Below, one piece after another: positions 45,315 to 55,688 of a stretch of 64,000 nucleotides of DNA; the stretch's first letter is position 1; the number at the start of each line of letters is the position of its first letter. Below the pieces are notes generated by a model, which worked only from the letters and a program-made list of their open reading frames with translations, was not told where the DNA came from and ran no database searches. Source of the stretch: Candidatus Kuenenbacteria bacterium (lineage in GTDB: Bacteria; Patescibacteriota; Patescibacteriia; UBA2196; GWA2-42-15). Where the stretch lies: the NCBI GenBank assembly GCA_012797775.1, contig JAAZOM010000006.1, forward strand, positions 12,815 to 76,814, written 5' to 3'. Both the position numbers and the translations under genes were made by a program.

Positions 45315-46424
45315 ATGTCTTTTTTCGCATATTTTTCCTATATAAAAAAAATAGACTGGCTTCTTTTGTTGCCGGTTATTTTATTAATTGTGCTCGGTCT
45401 AGCCACCCTCTATACGACCAATCTAAATATTGAAAACCCGGACTGGTCATCACTCCAAAAGCAATTATTGTTTTTTATTTTGGGCCTGTTTATCCTTATC
45501 TTTTTCGGTTTTTTTGATTATCGGCGTCTGGGCAGCTACAGCTGGCCACTGTATATTTTTTCTGTTATTCTTTTGATCGTCGTCCTTTTGTGGGGTCGGA
45601 CTATCCGGGGGACTACCGGCTGGTTTTCTTTTTTGGGCTTTAATTTTCAGCCGGTTGAGCTGGCCAAATTTTCTCTCGTCTTGGTCTTATCATTTTTTTA
45701 CAGTCGTCGCCGGGGCCGGGAAAAAGAATCCCAGACCGTTTTTTCTCTCGCCATTATTACTGCCATACCCACTTTTCTCACGATGCTCCAGCCAGACCTC
45801 GGCTCAGCCGCCATGCTTTTGGGCATTGGGCTTTGCTATTTTATTTTTTTGAGCCTGCGCCCTAGACAGATAATTTTTATTATTTTGGGTATTTTAATTT
45901 TATTTTTTTTACTGTGGAATTTGTTTTTGGTAGATTATCAAAAACAAAGAATTCTGACCTTCATCGATCCTATGAGAGATCCTCTTGGACGTGGATACAA
46001 TGTTCGTCAAGCCATCATCGCCATTGGCTCGGGTGGCCTTGCCGGCCGCGGTTTGGGACTCGGCACCCAGAGTCAACTCCGTTTTTTACCAGAGACTTCG
46101 ACTGATTTTATTTTTTCCACCATTGCCGAATCGCTGGGTTTTATTGGGAGCACCTTGGTTATGTTCTTATTTTTTTGGTTTTTTTATCGACTAATTTTGC
46201 TTATTAAAAATTCACGTGATAACGTTAGTTCTTATTTGGTTTTTGGTTTTGGGGCAGCTTTTTTTATTCAAACACTTGTCAATATCGGTATGAATATTGG
46301 TATTGTACCTGTCACCGGGTTGCCCCTGCCCTTTGTTAGCTATGGCGGCTCCTTTCTGATCATCTCTATGGTGTCGGTAGGTATCATTGCCAATATTTCT
46401 TCTCGACAGAAAATAAACAGCTGA
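45315..46424 (+). CDS. rodA: Rod shape-determining protein RodA (SEDS)
   Basis: QPVELAK, QPDLG, IGSGG..G.G, TDFIFS, TGLPLPFVSYGGS. Confidence 0.95.
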   Translation: MSFFAYFSYIKKIDWLLLLPVILLIVLGLATLYTTNLNIENPDWSSLQKQLLFFILGLFILIFFGFFDYRRLGSYSWPLYIFSVILLIVVLLWGRTIRGTTGWFSFLGFNFQPVELAKFSLVLVLSFFYSRRRGREKESQTVFSLAIITAIPTFLTMLQPDLGSAAMLLGIGLCYFIFLSLRPRQIIFIILGILILFFLLWNLFLVDYQKQRILTFIDPMRDPLGRGYNVRQAIIAIGSGGLAGRGLGLGTQSQLRFLPETSTDFIFSTIAESLGFIGSTLVMFLFFWFFYRLILLIKNSRDNVSSYLVFGFGAAFFIQTLVNIGMNIGIVPVTGLPLPFVSYGGSFLIISMVSVGIIANISSRQKINS

Positions 46425-46509
46425 GGACATTTTCATGGTGTTCTAGTTGTTTGACATTGGCGCCCTTTTCTATTATACTGACCTTACTCTAAAACAAAAT
46501 TATAAAAAT

Positions 46510-46809
46510 ATGTCCATTATTTTGAGCAAATTAAAAAAAGAAACCCTTATTTATTGTCCTTTGTGCAATAAGGATTATAGCCCACAAAATCTGCAGATTG
46601 TTGATCAGGCCGAGGAAACAGTACTCGCCCATAGCAACTGTCCTATTTGCGGGGGCTCCGTCCTTTCTCTGCTTTACAAGGATTTTTTGGGCCTTACCCT
46701 GCTTGGGTTGGCGACCGATATGAGCTATGAGGATGTTTCTCGTTTAAAAAAAGCCGAAGTGGTGGACAGCGACGAAGTACTCTCGCTTTATGAGCGTTTA
46801 GCCCATTAA
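46510..46809 (+). CDS. Small zinc-ribbon hypothetical protein
   Basis: CPLC...H..CPIC, GLATDM. Confidence 0.75.
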   Translation: MSIILSKLKKETLIYCPLCNKDYSPQNLQIVDQAEETVLAHSNCPICGGSVLSLLYKDFLGLTLLGLATDMSYEDVSRLKKAEVVDSDEVLSLYERLAH

Positions 46810-46831
46810 TTATTAAATAAGCAAAAGATAT

Positions 46832-47500
46832 ATGACCGCTATTTCCCTTCAAGCAGAAACCAGAGAAAAAGGTAAGAAAGATTTTTCTTCAAATGAGCAG
46901 AAAAAAATCCCTGCCGTGGTTTATGGCCCCAAAGTAGAAAACCAAAATATTTTTATCAACTATCGTGATTTTGAACGCGTCTTGAGAGACGCCGGCGAAT
47001 CCACCCTAGTCGACCTCGCTATTGGTGGCAAGGATCCGGTCAAGGTTTTGATTCACGATATGCAAAAAGATCCCCTGAATGGGGAATGTATTCATGTGGA
47101 TTTTTATGAACTCGACATGAGCAAAAAGACTCGCGTTGACGTGGAACTAAAATTTTTAGGCGCCGAAGAAGTTATGAAGTTGACCGGTGGGGAAATTTCT
47201 GAAAGTGTTGACCACCTCGAAGTGGAATGCTTACCCAAAGACCTAGTCAAGGAAATAGACATTGATTTGTCCACTCTCAAGAGCATTGGTGATGTTATTT
47301 ACGCCAAAGACATAAAGTTGCCAGCCGGGCTGGAATTAATTTCTGATCCCGAGTTGCCAGTCGCCAGCCTCCAGGCCATTGTTGAAGAAAAAATAGAAGA
47401 AACTGCTCCGGCCGCCGAGGGTGAGGCTCCGGCGCCAATGACCGAAAGGGAAGCCAAGGCTGCCGAAGCCACTGAGAGTGAAGAGGGAACAGAATCCTAG
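46832..47500 (+). CDS. rplY: 50S ribosomal protein L25 (CTC form)
   Basis: IPAVVYG, Q.DP....IHVDFY, C-terminal TL5-like domain. Confidence 0.95.
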   Translation: MTAISLQAETREKGKKDFSSNEQKKIPAVVYGPKVENQNIFINYRDFERVLRDAGESTLVDLAIGGKDPVKVLIHDMQKDPLNGECIHVDFYELDMSKKTRVDVELKFLGAEEVMKLTGGEISESVDHLEVECLPKDLVKEIDIDLSTLKSIGDVIYAKDIKLPAGLELISDPELPVASLQAIVEEKIEETAPAAEGEAPAPMTEREAKAAEATESEEGTES

Positions 47501-47517
47501 TCCTAATTTTCTCTAAA

Positions 47518-48615
47518 ATGATTAACAATCTTTTTATTAGAAATATTTTTAAATACCAGCTAATTATCTTAGTTGGTATTTTTGTTGTTTTGTTTGGGCT
47601 TTTATTTTATCATCTGATTTTTTGTTTGTCTTTTCGGCCGGCTGATTATTCTTCACCTGCCAATACTATAGCCGACCAAGATAAAATTCCAGCTGGTCAA
47701 AAAATTATCAATGGTTTGCCGGCCCCACTCGGAGAGGAAAATGTCTGGCCAGTAGCGGTCTCTATCGACAATCATCCTGATGCCCGGCCGCTTTATGGCT
47801 TGTCCAAAGCAGATATTGTTTATGAGTTTTTGGTCGAAGGCGGGGCCACTCGTTTTCTGGCTTTTTATACCCCGACTAGTACCATGGCAAATAAAATCGA
47901 AAAAATCGGGCCAGTCCGTTCTGTCCGTCCTTATTTTCTCCCTATTGCCAAAGAGTATGAGGCCCTTTTGGCTCACTCTGGCGGTTCAGTCGATGCATTA
48001 AAAGATATTGAGAAGTTAGAAGTCTATAACCTAGAAGAGATCGCCTGGTGGGGGCCTGATTATTTTTGGCGCGTTTATTCGAGGACCTCTCCGCACAATC
48101 TTTTTACATCATCGGACAAATTGGCCACAGCCATCATAGACTGGAAGCTAGGAGGCAAAATTCCCGTTTATACCGGCTGGCGTTTTTTTTCTGAATTGGA
48201 GCGTAATTTGGAGAAAGATAGGGTAGAAAAAATTGCTTTTGATTTTTCTGGCAATACCAATTACCGCGTAGAATATGTTTACAGTACTTCTACGAAGAGC
48301 TACCTACGCTCTACTGGCGGCTCCAAAGATATTGATGCTCTGAGCAAAAAACAAGTCTCTCCCGAAAATATTCTAATTCAATTTATCCCGGCGGAAAAAA
48401 CCCTCGATGCCATCGGTCGCCTGTCACTTGATCTCCTTGGCGATGGTGAAGTCTGGCTTTTTCGTGATGGCGTGAAAATATTGGGCCAATGGCAAAAAAC
48501 ATCTCCAGAATCGCGTACCCAATTTTTTGATGCCAATGGCAATTACCTGCCACTGAAGCCCGGCCAGATCTGGATAGAGATCATTCCCGGTGCGCGAGAG
48601 ATAGAGCTTGATTGA
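47518..48615 (+). CDS. DUF3048 domain protein
   Basis: IDNHPDARP.YGL..ADIVYE..VEGG.TR, GPVRSVR, HSGGS, PHNL. Confidence 0.9.
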   Translation: MINNLFIRNIFKYQLIILVGIFVVLFGLLFYHLIFCLSFRPADYSSPANTIADQDKIPAGQKIINGLPAPLGEENVWPVAVSIDNHPDARPLYGLSKADIVYEFLVEGGATRFLAFYTPTSTMANKIEKIGPVRSVRPYFLPIAKEYEALLAHSGGSVDALKDIEKLEVYNLEEIAWWGPDYFWRVYSRTSPHNLFTSSDKLATAIIDWKLGGKIPVYTGWRFFSELERNLEKDRVEKIAFDFSGNTNYRVEYVYSTSTKSYLRSTGGSKDIDALSKKQVSPENILIQFIPAEKTLDAIGRLSLDLLGDGEVWLFRDGVKILGQWQKTSPESRTQFFDANGNYLPLKPGQIWIEIIPGAREIELD

Positions 48616-48712
48616 TTCAATAAATACAGAACAAACCGCCAGCCGGGTCAATCCCGCTGGCTTTTTTATTCATTCATTTTTTGAGTTTTGTTAATTGCGT
48701 TTTGTATTTTGT

Positions 48713-49603
48713 TCAAATATTTCCTCCATGTACCCACTTGAGCCCAGCCCGCTTCCCGATTTCTATCGCTTCCATAATTTTGTTTTTGGGCGTCGGTGGC
48801 AAATTAGTTATTTTATGTGTCGGATAAAAAGCGCTCACATGCCACGGTGTGTCTAGCCCTAGTTTTTCAAAAATAAATTTAGCGATTTTTGTCAACTCTT
48901 TAGCCGAATCATTTTTGGTTGGGATTATGAGAGTGGTTACTTCTAGGTGGATGCCTAGTTTTTTTATTTTTACCAAATTATCTAGGACCGGTTGCAGTCG
49001 CGCCCCGCAAGTTTCCTGGTAAAATTTGTCGGAAAATGATTTCAGATCCACGTTAATCGCATCGAGATATGGCGCGATTAGCTCCAGCGTTTTCTCCGAC
49101 ATAAAGCCATTACTCACCCAGATATTTTTTAGATTCTTTTTCTTGGCCAGCTTCATGGTCTCAAGTGCGTATTCGAGAAAAACAGTTGGCTCATTGTAAG
49201 TATAGGAAATAGAAGGCAATTTGTTTTTTAGTGCTGTAGCCACGATTTTCTCCGGTGTTATTTCCTCAATTCTTTCCTTTTGATAAATTTGCAGTTCCTC
49301 ATCATCTTCTGCCACTTGGCTGATAAAAAAATTCTGGCAATGCAAGCAATAAAAATTACAGCCAAGTGTTCCAAATGACAGAGTGTGGGTACCCGGCAAA
49401 AAATGATACAGCGGTTTTTTCTCAACTGGGTCAATAGACAGGCCAGTTGATTTTCCATAATTCAACACAAAGATTTTGCCGCCCTGATTTTCCCGCACCC
49501 GGCACTTGCCCTTCTCTCCCGGCTTTAAAACGCAAAAATGGCAGCAGGTCTCGCACTGGGTTATGTTATTTTTGAGTTTTTTGTAGAGCATGGATTCTTT
49601 CAT
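48713..49603 (-). CDS. AmmeMemoRadiSam-type radical SAM enzyme
   Basis: DPVEKKPLYHF.PG, GCNFYCLHCQN, SYTYNEP, HVSAFYP. Confidence 0.9.
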   Translation of the reverse strand: MKESMLYKKLKNNITQCETCCHFCVLKPGEKGKCRVRENQGGKIFVLNYGKSTGLSIDPVEKKPLYHFLPGTHTLSFGTLGCNFYCLHCQNFFISQVAEDDEELQIYQKERIEEITPEKIVATALKNKLPSISYTYNEPTVFLEYALETMKLAKKKNLKNIWVSNGFMSEKTLELIAPYLDAINVDLKSFSDKFYQETCGARLQPVLDNLVKIKKLGIHLEVTTLIIPTKNDSAKELTKIAKFIFEKLGLDTPWHVSAFYPTHKITNLPPTPKNKIMEAIEIGKRAGLKWVHGGNI

Positions 49604-49616
49604 AATTTTTTAGTAA

Positions 49617-49740
49617 TTTATCCCGAGCCCCGATGAATATCGGGACGAGGGATCCCGTTTAGATAGCCACTTACTATAATTAATATAATATTCATTTTAG
49701 CACGGGATCCTTCCCCCGCCCATGGCGGGGTCAGGATAAA
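49617..49740. repeat. REP-like palindromic element
   Basis: TTTATCCCGA..GAGGGATCCCG ... CGGGATCCTTC..TCAGGATAAA with small inner hairpins. Confidence 0.7.
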
Positions 49741-49785
49741 TTTGATGGAATTTAAAAAGCCACCATTGCGGTGGCTTTCATCTTT

Positions 49786-49962
49786 TTACTTTGCTTTTTT
49801 CTTCAAAGTCTTCAAACATCTAGTACAGACTTTCTTTTTCACCCCATCAATAATTTTGCTTTGGAGATTTATATATTTGCGTGTCAGGGTTTTATTTTGA
49901 GCGTGGGAACTTTGGACAAATTTTTGCGGACCACGGCCGCACAAATCACAGATTCGAGACAT
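49786..49962 (-). CDS. rpmB: 50S ribosomal protein L28 (below ORF-track cutoff)
   Basis: [12 protein letters not shown]....SHAQNKT..R...NLQ....KVCTRCLKT. Confidence 0.93.
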   Translation of the reverse strand: MSRICDLCGRGPQKFVQSSHAQNKTLTRKYINLQSKIIDGVKKKVCTRCLKTLKKKAK

Positions 49963-50025
49963 ATAAAAGTTTGATTAATTATTGGAATTATAATACCATA
50001 AAGATATTATAAGTCAAGCTTTTAT

Positions 50026-50631
50026 ATGGATTTTACACATCTTATTTTTTATTTCCTCATTATTATCCCTTCGGCTATCATCCACGAATATTCTCATGGT
50101 TGGATGGCTGATCGCTTGGGCGACCCAACCGCCAAATATGCTGGCCGCCTGACCCTTGACCCGCGAGCTCACATTGATATTTATGGCACTCTTCTTTTGC
50201 CCCTATTTTTACTCTTGGCCTCTGGCGGCAGTTTTATGTTTGCCTATGCCAAGCCCGTGCCTTACAATCCTTACAATCTAAAAAATAAAAAATGGGGGCC
50301 GGCCTTGGTCGGCTTGGCTGGTCCGCTGTCCAATCTCATTGTCGCTATTTTCTTCGGTGCGCTCTTCAGACTCCTACCAATCAGCACGTTCTCCTCACTG
50401 CTCGGCTTGATCGCTTTTGCCAATATCATTCTATTGGTTTTCAATTTGGTGCCCATTCCTCCCTTAGATGGTTCCAAGGTTTTATTTGCTATCCTGCCAG
50501 ATTCTTGGGGTAATTTTAAAATTGTATTAGAAAGATATGGTATAATTTTTCTTCTAATTTTTGTTTTTTATTTTTCTGGGGTCATCAACCCGATTGTTAA
50601 TTGGATATTCCGACTTGTGGTCGGAGTATAA
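50026..50631 (+). CDS. Site-2 protease family protein (M50)
   Basis: HEYSHG, GDPTAK..GRLTL, AGPLSN, FNLVPIPPLDGS. Confidence 0.93.
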   Translation: MDFTHLIFYFLIIIPSAIIHEYSHGWMADRLGDPTAKYAGRLTLDPRAHIDIYGTLLLPLFLLLASGGSFMFAYAKPVPYNPYNLKNKKWGPALVGLAGPLSNLIVAIFFGALFRLLPISTFSSLLGLIAFANIILLVFNLVPIPPLDGSKVLFAILPDSWGNFKIVLERYGIIFLLIFVFYFSGVINPIVNWIFRLVVGV

Positions 50632-50636
50632 ATTTT

Positions 50637-51092
50637 ATGTCTCAAATCACCGCTCATTCAATCTCGGAAACCCAAAAGTTGGCTGTTAATTTTATTCATA
50701 AAATTACAGGTCCAGCGGTTTTGGGTTTGGTTGGCGCTCTCGGCTCTGGCAAGACGCATTTCACCAAAGGTCTGGCCCAAGGTCTGAAAATCAAAAAACA
50801 CATCACCAGCCCGACTTTTGTTTTACTCAAGATTTATCCCGCTCCCCAAAACAAAAAAGGGATCAAAAACTTGATCCACGTTGATTGCTACCGCCTTGGC
50901 CACGAAGAAGAATTATTGGCGCTTGGTTGGGAAGAAATATTAAGAAAGAATGATAGCTTGATCGTCGTCGAGTGGGCGGACAAGATAAAAAGTATTATGC
51001 CCCAAAATACTATTTGGTTCAATTTCCGTCAGGGTAGGGGAGAGGAAGAGCGAATTATAAGCACCAAACCCCAAATTCAAAATCCAAAATAA
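50637..51092 (+). CDS. tsaE: t6A biosynthesis ATPase TsaE
   Basis: GALGSGKT, SPTF, HVDCYRL, VEW. Confidence 0.93.
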   Translation: MSQITAHSISETQKLAVNFIHKITGPAVLGLVGALGSGKTHFTKGLAQGLKIKKHITSPTFVLLKIYPAPQNKKGIKNLIHVDCYRLGHEEELLALGWEEILRKNDSLIVVEWADKIKSIMPQNTIWFNFRQGRGEEERIISTKPQIQNPK

Positions 51093-51190
51093 ACCTTAAA
51101 AACCATAAACCCCCCTTAGTGTTTATTTGACATTTTTGTAACCATGTGTGATGATAAATAAAATGTAAAATATAGTATAAACACATATAT

Positions 51191-52201
51191 ATGAAAAACA
51201 ACAACAAATTAAAAGTTGGTGTTATCGGGCTGGGTCATCAATCTTTAGAAGACCACATCCCAGCAATAAAAGCATCATTAGATGTTAATCTAGTTGCTGT
51301 TGTTGAGATTGATAAAAACAGACTGCAGTCTTTTCTTAAAGACAATCCTGCCGTCAGGGGCTATAAGAGTTTAGATAATTTTTTAAAAAAGGAGAAAGTC
51401 GATTTTATAATTTTGGCTGTTCCTCACTATCTGCATGATGAAATGACGAAAAAAATAATAAAAAATAAAATACATATTTTAAAAGAAAAACCATTTTCTA
51501 CAAACCTAAAAGAGGCAAAAGAAATAATTAAAATGGCCAATAAATATAATGTTAAAGTTAGCACTACCCTACAAAGAAGATTTAACCCAATTTATTCAAC
51601 CTTTTTCCAATTAGCTGACAAAATTGGGAAACCATTCTATATTGAAATAAAATATACTTTTTTTACTGATAAACCAGGGGAAGGATGGCGGGGAAAAAAT
51701 AAATTAGCTGGTGGTGGATGTCTTTTAGACATGGGTTATCACATGGTTGATCTTTTAATGTGGTATTTTGGACTAGCGGACAAAGTAATGGCTGAGACCT
51801 CCTGTACTGGCAATGATTTTCAGCAATATGACGCAGAAGACACAGCCCAAGTTCTATTTAAATGGGAATCTAAAAGTTTGTGGGGCTCGTTATTGGTCTC
51901 CAGGGTAATTCCACCCAAACAAGAATTTTTGAATTTATATGGAACCAGAGGATGCATACACTTAGAGCGTGGCAAGATTGAGCGTTATTCTTCTAACGGC
52001 GAACTGTGTGAATCTTTAAAAAGAGAAAATAGTTGGCCCTCAGCTGCTCAAGACCAGTTAGATTACTTTATCAAGGTGATCAGAGGAGAAAAAGAAAATA
52101 TTAATAGCCCAGAATCTCATCTTTGTCACTTAGCCTTTATTGAGGCCGCCTATAAATCAAAAATATTAAATAAATATATTAATCCAAAAGAGTTTTTTTA
52201 A
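51191..52201 (+). CDS. Gfo/Idh/MocA oxidoreductase
   Basis: GVIGLG, EKP, QRRF, GGGCLLDMGYH. Confidence 0.9.
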   Translation: MKNNNKLKVGVIGLGHQSLEDHIPAIKASLDVNLVAVVEIDKNRLQSFLKDNPAVRGYKSLDNFLKKEKVDFIILAVPHYLHDEMTKKIIKNKIHILKEKPFSTNLKEAKEIIKMANKYNVKVSTTLQRRFNPIYSTFFQLADKIGKPFYIEIKYTFFTDKPGEGWRGKNKLAGGGCLLDMGYHMVDLLMWYFGLADKVMAETSCTGNDFQQYDAEDTAQVLFKWESKSLWGSLLVSRVIPPKQEFLNLYGTRGCIHLERGKIERYSSNGELCESLKRENSWPSAAQDQLDYFIKVIRGEKENINSPESHLCHLAFIEAAYKSKILNKYINPKEFF

Positions 52202-52219
52202 TTTGTTAATCATAAATAT

Positions 52220-53482
52220 ATGACCACGGAAAAATTAGCTATATTAGGCGGAGCCAAGACAATAAACAAAAAAGCCCCACACTACTCATGGCCCATAATT
52301 ACTAAAACCATTAAAGACTCTGTCGTAAAGCAGTTGAGCGAGAGCATATCTATTTATAATAAATCTGGGATTATTGAAAAGTTCGAAAATTATTTTGCGA
52401 ATTATCATGATGTAAAGCATGCTGTTTTATGTAATTCTGGGACCACCGCAATTTACTCTATGTTTATTGCAGCTAGATTTAAAGAAGGAGATGAGATAAT
52501 TTGTCCGGCATATACATTTTTTGCTTCTGTCACCCCACTTCTTTTTACCGGGGCAAAACCAGTTTTATGTGATTGTGATGATAATGGCAATATAGATCCA
52601 GCCGAGATTTTAAAAAAGATAACCCCCAAAACCAAGGGCGTCGTTGTTACTCACATGTGGGGTGTTCCCTGCCAGATGGATAAAATTGTTAGTCTGTGTA
52701 GAAAAAATAACCTGTTACTCTTAGAAGACTGTTCCCATGCTCACGGCGCCAAATTTAAAGGAAAAAAAGTTGGGTCATTCGGAGACTTATCAGCGTGGAG
52801 TTTGCAGGGCCCCAAAATTATAAGCGGTGGAGAAGGTGGCATTGTTACTACAAATAATAAAGAGTTCTATTATAGGATTCTTCTGCTAGGGCATTATAAC
52901 AAAAGATGTAAAGATGAAATTAATAAAGAACACAATTTATATAAATACTCAACTACAGGTATGGGTTTAAAATTTAGAAGCCACCCAGTAGCTGTTCGTA
53001 TAGCTTATAGCATGTTGAGTAATCTAGACACAATTCTGAGAGTTAAAAGAATGTTTGCTAAAAAAATAATAAAAGAATTTAAAAAAATACCATATTTTGC
53101 ATTACCGCCAGCTTTTTCGGACCCCGCATATGAACCAGCTTGGTATGGTTTGGTTTTTCAATACAAAGGTTATAATTATAAGTATCCATCAATTGATAAT
53201 TTTTTTAGAGCGATACAAGCAGAGGGCTTATTGGAGGTTGATCGACCCGGTTCAACCTCGCCCCTTAATTTATTACCACTTTTCCAGAACCCCACTGAAT
53301 TATTCCCCATATATAAAAAAAATTATTTTTCTTATAAACCCGGAGATTTCCCCAAAGCAGAGAAATTCTATAAATATGCTATCAAATTGCCAGTCTGGGC
53401 ATTGAAGAAGGAACACAAAATGGTGGATTATTATATAAAAGGTTTTAAAAAAGTGTGTAATAATCTTGATAAAATAATTTGA
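52220..53482 (+). CDS. DegT/DnrJ/EryC1/StrS PLP aminotransferase
   Basis: NSGT.A, EDCSHAHGA, SLQGPKIISGGEGG. Confidence 0.92.
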   Translation: MTTEKLAILGGAKTINKKAPHYSWPIITKTIKDSVVKQLSESISIYNKSGIIEKFENYFANYHDVKHAVLCNSGTTAIYSMFIAARFKEGDEIICPAYTFFASVTPLLFTGAKPVLCDCDDNGNIDPAEILKKITPKTKGVVVTHMWGVPCQMDKIVSLCRKNNLLLLEDCSHAHGAKFKGKKVGSFGDLSAWSLQGPKIISGGEGGIVTTNNKEFYYRILLLGHYNKRCKDEINKEHNLYKYSTTGMGLKFRSHPVAVRIAYSMLSNLDTILRVKRMFAKKIIKEFKKIPYFALPPAFSDPAYEPAWYGLVFQYKGYNYKYPSIDNFFRAIQAEGLLEVDRPGSTSPLNLLPLFQNPTELFPIYKKNYFSYKPGDFPKAEKFYKYAIKLPVWALKKEHKMVDYYIKGFKKVCNNLDKII

Positions 53483-53484
53483 GT

Positions 53485-53913
53485 ATGTTAAACAATGTTA
53501 TTTCGCAAGTAGTCTTGGGCGCTGTTATATTTAGTGGGAATAAAGTCCTAATAGTTCAACGCAATAAAGATGAAAATATTTTTCCAAACATGTGGGAATT
53601 GCCCAGTGGAAAAAAAGAATTGCTTGAAGGGTGTATAACATCTTTACTTAGAGAAATAAAGGAAGAAACAGGATTAAGGGTTAAAGTTATTAATATTCTT
53701 TCCGTTTTCAATTATCAAATTAAAAAAGAAAAGATTATAAAAGACTGTACGCAAATTAATTTTTTGGTGAGAGCAGTTGGCCATAAAGTTGTTATCAGCA
53801 AAGAACATCAGGATTATGCTTGGATATCAAAGAATCATATTAGAAGATATAATTTATCCAAAGAAACAAAAAAAGTCATTAGGCAAGGTTTTAAATTAAT
53901 ATATAAAAAATAA
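53485..53913 (+). CDS. NUDIX hydrolase
   Basis: WELPSG......LREIKEETGL Nudix box, EH..YAW. Confidence 0.88.
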   Translation: MLNNVISQVVLGAVIFSGNKVLIVQRNKDENIFPNMWELPSGKKELLEGCITSLLREIKEETGLRVKVINILSVFNYQIKKEKIIKDCTQINFLVRAVGHKVVISKEHQDYAWISKNHIRRYNLSKETKKVIRQGFKLIYKK

Positions 53914-53957
53914 AATATAATTTAACAAATTAAAATAAACAAAAAGGAGAATTGGCC

Positions 53958-54422
53958 ATGAAGCATTATATGCTGGAAAAAACATGGGAATTGTTGATGG
54001 AAGAGGCTGAGGGGCTGCGCAAAAAATTAACAAAAGAAATATCCGCAGACATCGGTGTGGGTTATGAAACTGGTGGCGGTTGGCACGACAACGCTCTTTT
54101 TGAGAGCGCTTTAGTAGATCAAGCAGTTGCGGCTTCCAAGCTCGCAGAGGTCAGTAGATTAATGCAATATCCCGTTTTTATTGATAATTTAGAAATACCA
54201 GGCAATATGGTTACTATCGGAGTAGAGGTCCATCTGGAATTCGACGGCGAGGAAGCAATTTCTTATCAAGTTTTGGGGGCAGCTGATGCTAGATATAATG
54301 ATTCTGTTATTTCATCCACATCCCCGCTAGCCAAAGTTATCATGCAACACAAGGTCGGCGATATTGTCATGGGCCCAGGTGGCAAGACAATAAAAATTGT
54401 GGGGATTAAAAAAATAATATAA
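53958..54422 (+). CDS. Divergent GreA/GreB-family protein
   Basis: Coiled coil with WHDNA tip, VTIG..V, IS..SPLAK...HKVGD. Confidence 0.8.
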   Translation: MKHYMLEKTWELLMEEAEGLRKKLTKEISADIGVGYETGGGWHDNALFESALVDQAVAASKLAEVSRLMQYPVFIDNLEIPGNMVTIGVEVHLEFDGEEAISYQVLGAADARYNDSVISSTSPLAKVIMQHKVGDIVMGPGGKTIKIVGIKKII

Positions 54423-54495
54423 ATTTTCTTAACTTTAAATTGAGGCGCTATGATTTTAATACAATAGCGTCTTTTTTATTAAAATTTATTTAGAT

Positions 54496-55260
54496 CTAAC
54501 CCCGGGCCAATGCCGCCCCCCACACTTCTTTGGCTCCGGCCTCTTTCAATATCTTGGCACACTCATTCATCGTTGTCCCTGTTGTGATAATATCATCTAT
54601 CAAAAGCACAGTTTTATCTTTGAGCCCCTTTTCCAATTCATCACTCATCCCAAAAACTCCTTGTAAGTTTTTCTCCCGCTCTTCTTTTTTGAGTTTGGCC
54701 TGCGGTTTGGTATATTTGTTGCGCCGCATCAGTAGTGGCATTATCGGCCAGCCAAATTCTCTGCCAATTCTTTCTGCCAAAAGTTCCGCCTGATTAAAAC
54801 CTCGCCAATTGAGTCTTCTTCTGTGTAAAGGTATCGGCGCCAAAATTATATTCTTACTCTTTAATAATTGGACCATTTGCGGCTCACCTGCCCAGATAGC
54901 CTGTCTAGGCGGGGTTATTTTTTTTATCAAAATTTGTGCCAGAGGCTCGGCCAATCCTTTTACAAAACTATACTTATATTTATGAATCGCCTCTTGTAAT
55001 AATTTGTCCTCCCACTCCGCCGCCACAATCACCCCGTCCAAAGCTGTTTTTTCTTGGCACGAACGATGCGTCTGCCCGAACACCGTCGGCTCCTTGCACA
55101 CTACGCATTGATCAATTGTTTTCAATTTTATTTTCGCCTGGCAGAGTGGACACAGCCACTCGTTTTCTCGGCCGCAACCTAGACATTCGATTGGAAACAA
55201 AACATCCAAAAAACGCCCGGTCAATTTTTCCAAGGCGTTTTTTATCACTGGCCAATTCAT
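54496..55260 (-). CDS. comF: ComF family phosphoribosyltransferase-like competence protein
   Basis: Double zinc ribbon, PIPLH..R..WRGFNQAE, LIDDIITTGTT. Confidence 0.9.
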   Translation of the reverse strand: MNWPVIKNALEKLTGRFLDVLFPIECLGCGRENEWLCPLCQAKIKLKTIDQCVVCKEPTVFGQTHRSCQEKTALDGVIVAAEWEDKLLQEAIHKYKYSFVKGLAEPLAQILIKKITPPRQAIWAGEPQMVQLLKSKNIILAPIPLHRRRLNWRGFNQAELLAERIGREFGWPIMPLLMRRNKYTKPQAKLKKEEREKNLQGVFGMSDELEKGLKDKTVLLIDDIITTGTTMNECAKILKEAGAKEVWGAALARG

Positions 55261-55261
55261 A

Positions 55262-55684
55262 TTAAGCCAAAACAATTAAAATCGCTCCAATGGCCATCAT
55301 GGCCGCCCCGATGCCAATTTTCAGACTTATCTTTTCTCCGAGTATCAAAGCCGCCAAAATTATCGCAAACACTACACTTAACCGATCCAGGGGCGCCACT
55401 TGAGATACCTTTCCGAGCTTCAAAGCAAAAAAATAAAATAGCCACGAAAGAGCCCCAGCTATTCCTGACAAGACTATATAATAGAGAGCTTTTTTATTGG
55501 CTATTATATCATCAATATGGCCTATTTTTCCTTGGATCAAAATTACCACCAATAAAAATATAGCCATGACAATCGCTCTCATCGTTGTCGCCGTCGCTGT
55601 ATCAATGCCGTGCAAACCCATCTTGCCAAAGATGGCGACCAGCGCTGCAAATACAGCGGCCAAAAGTCCAAAGATGATCCACAT
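55262..55684 (-). CDS. EamA family transporter
   Basis: FAALVAIFGK.G, SWLFYF.AL..G..SQVAPLDRLS. Confidence 0.9.
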   Translation of the reverse strand: MWIIFGLLAAVFAALVAIFGKMGLHGIDTATATTMRAIVMAIFLLVVILIQGKIGHIDDIIANKKALYYIVLSGIAGALSWLFYFFALKLGKVSQVAPLDRLSVVFAIILAALILGEKISLKIGIGAAMMAIGAILIVLA

Positions 55685-55688
55685 AAAT

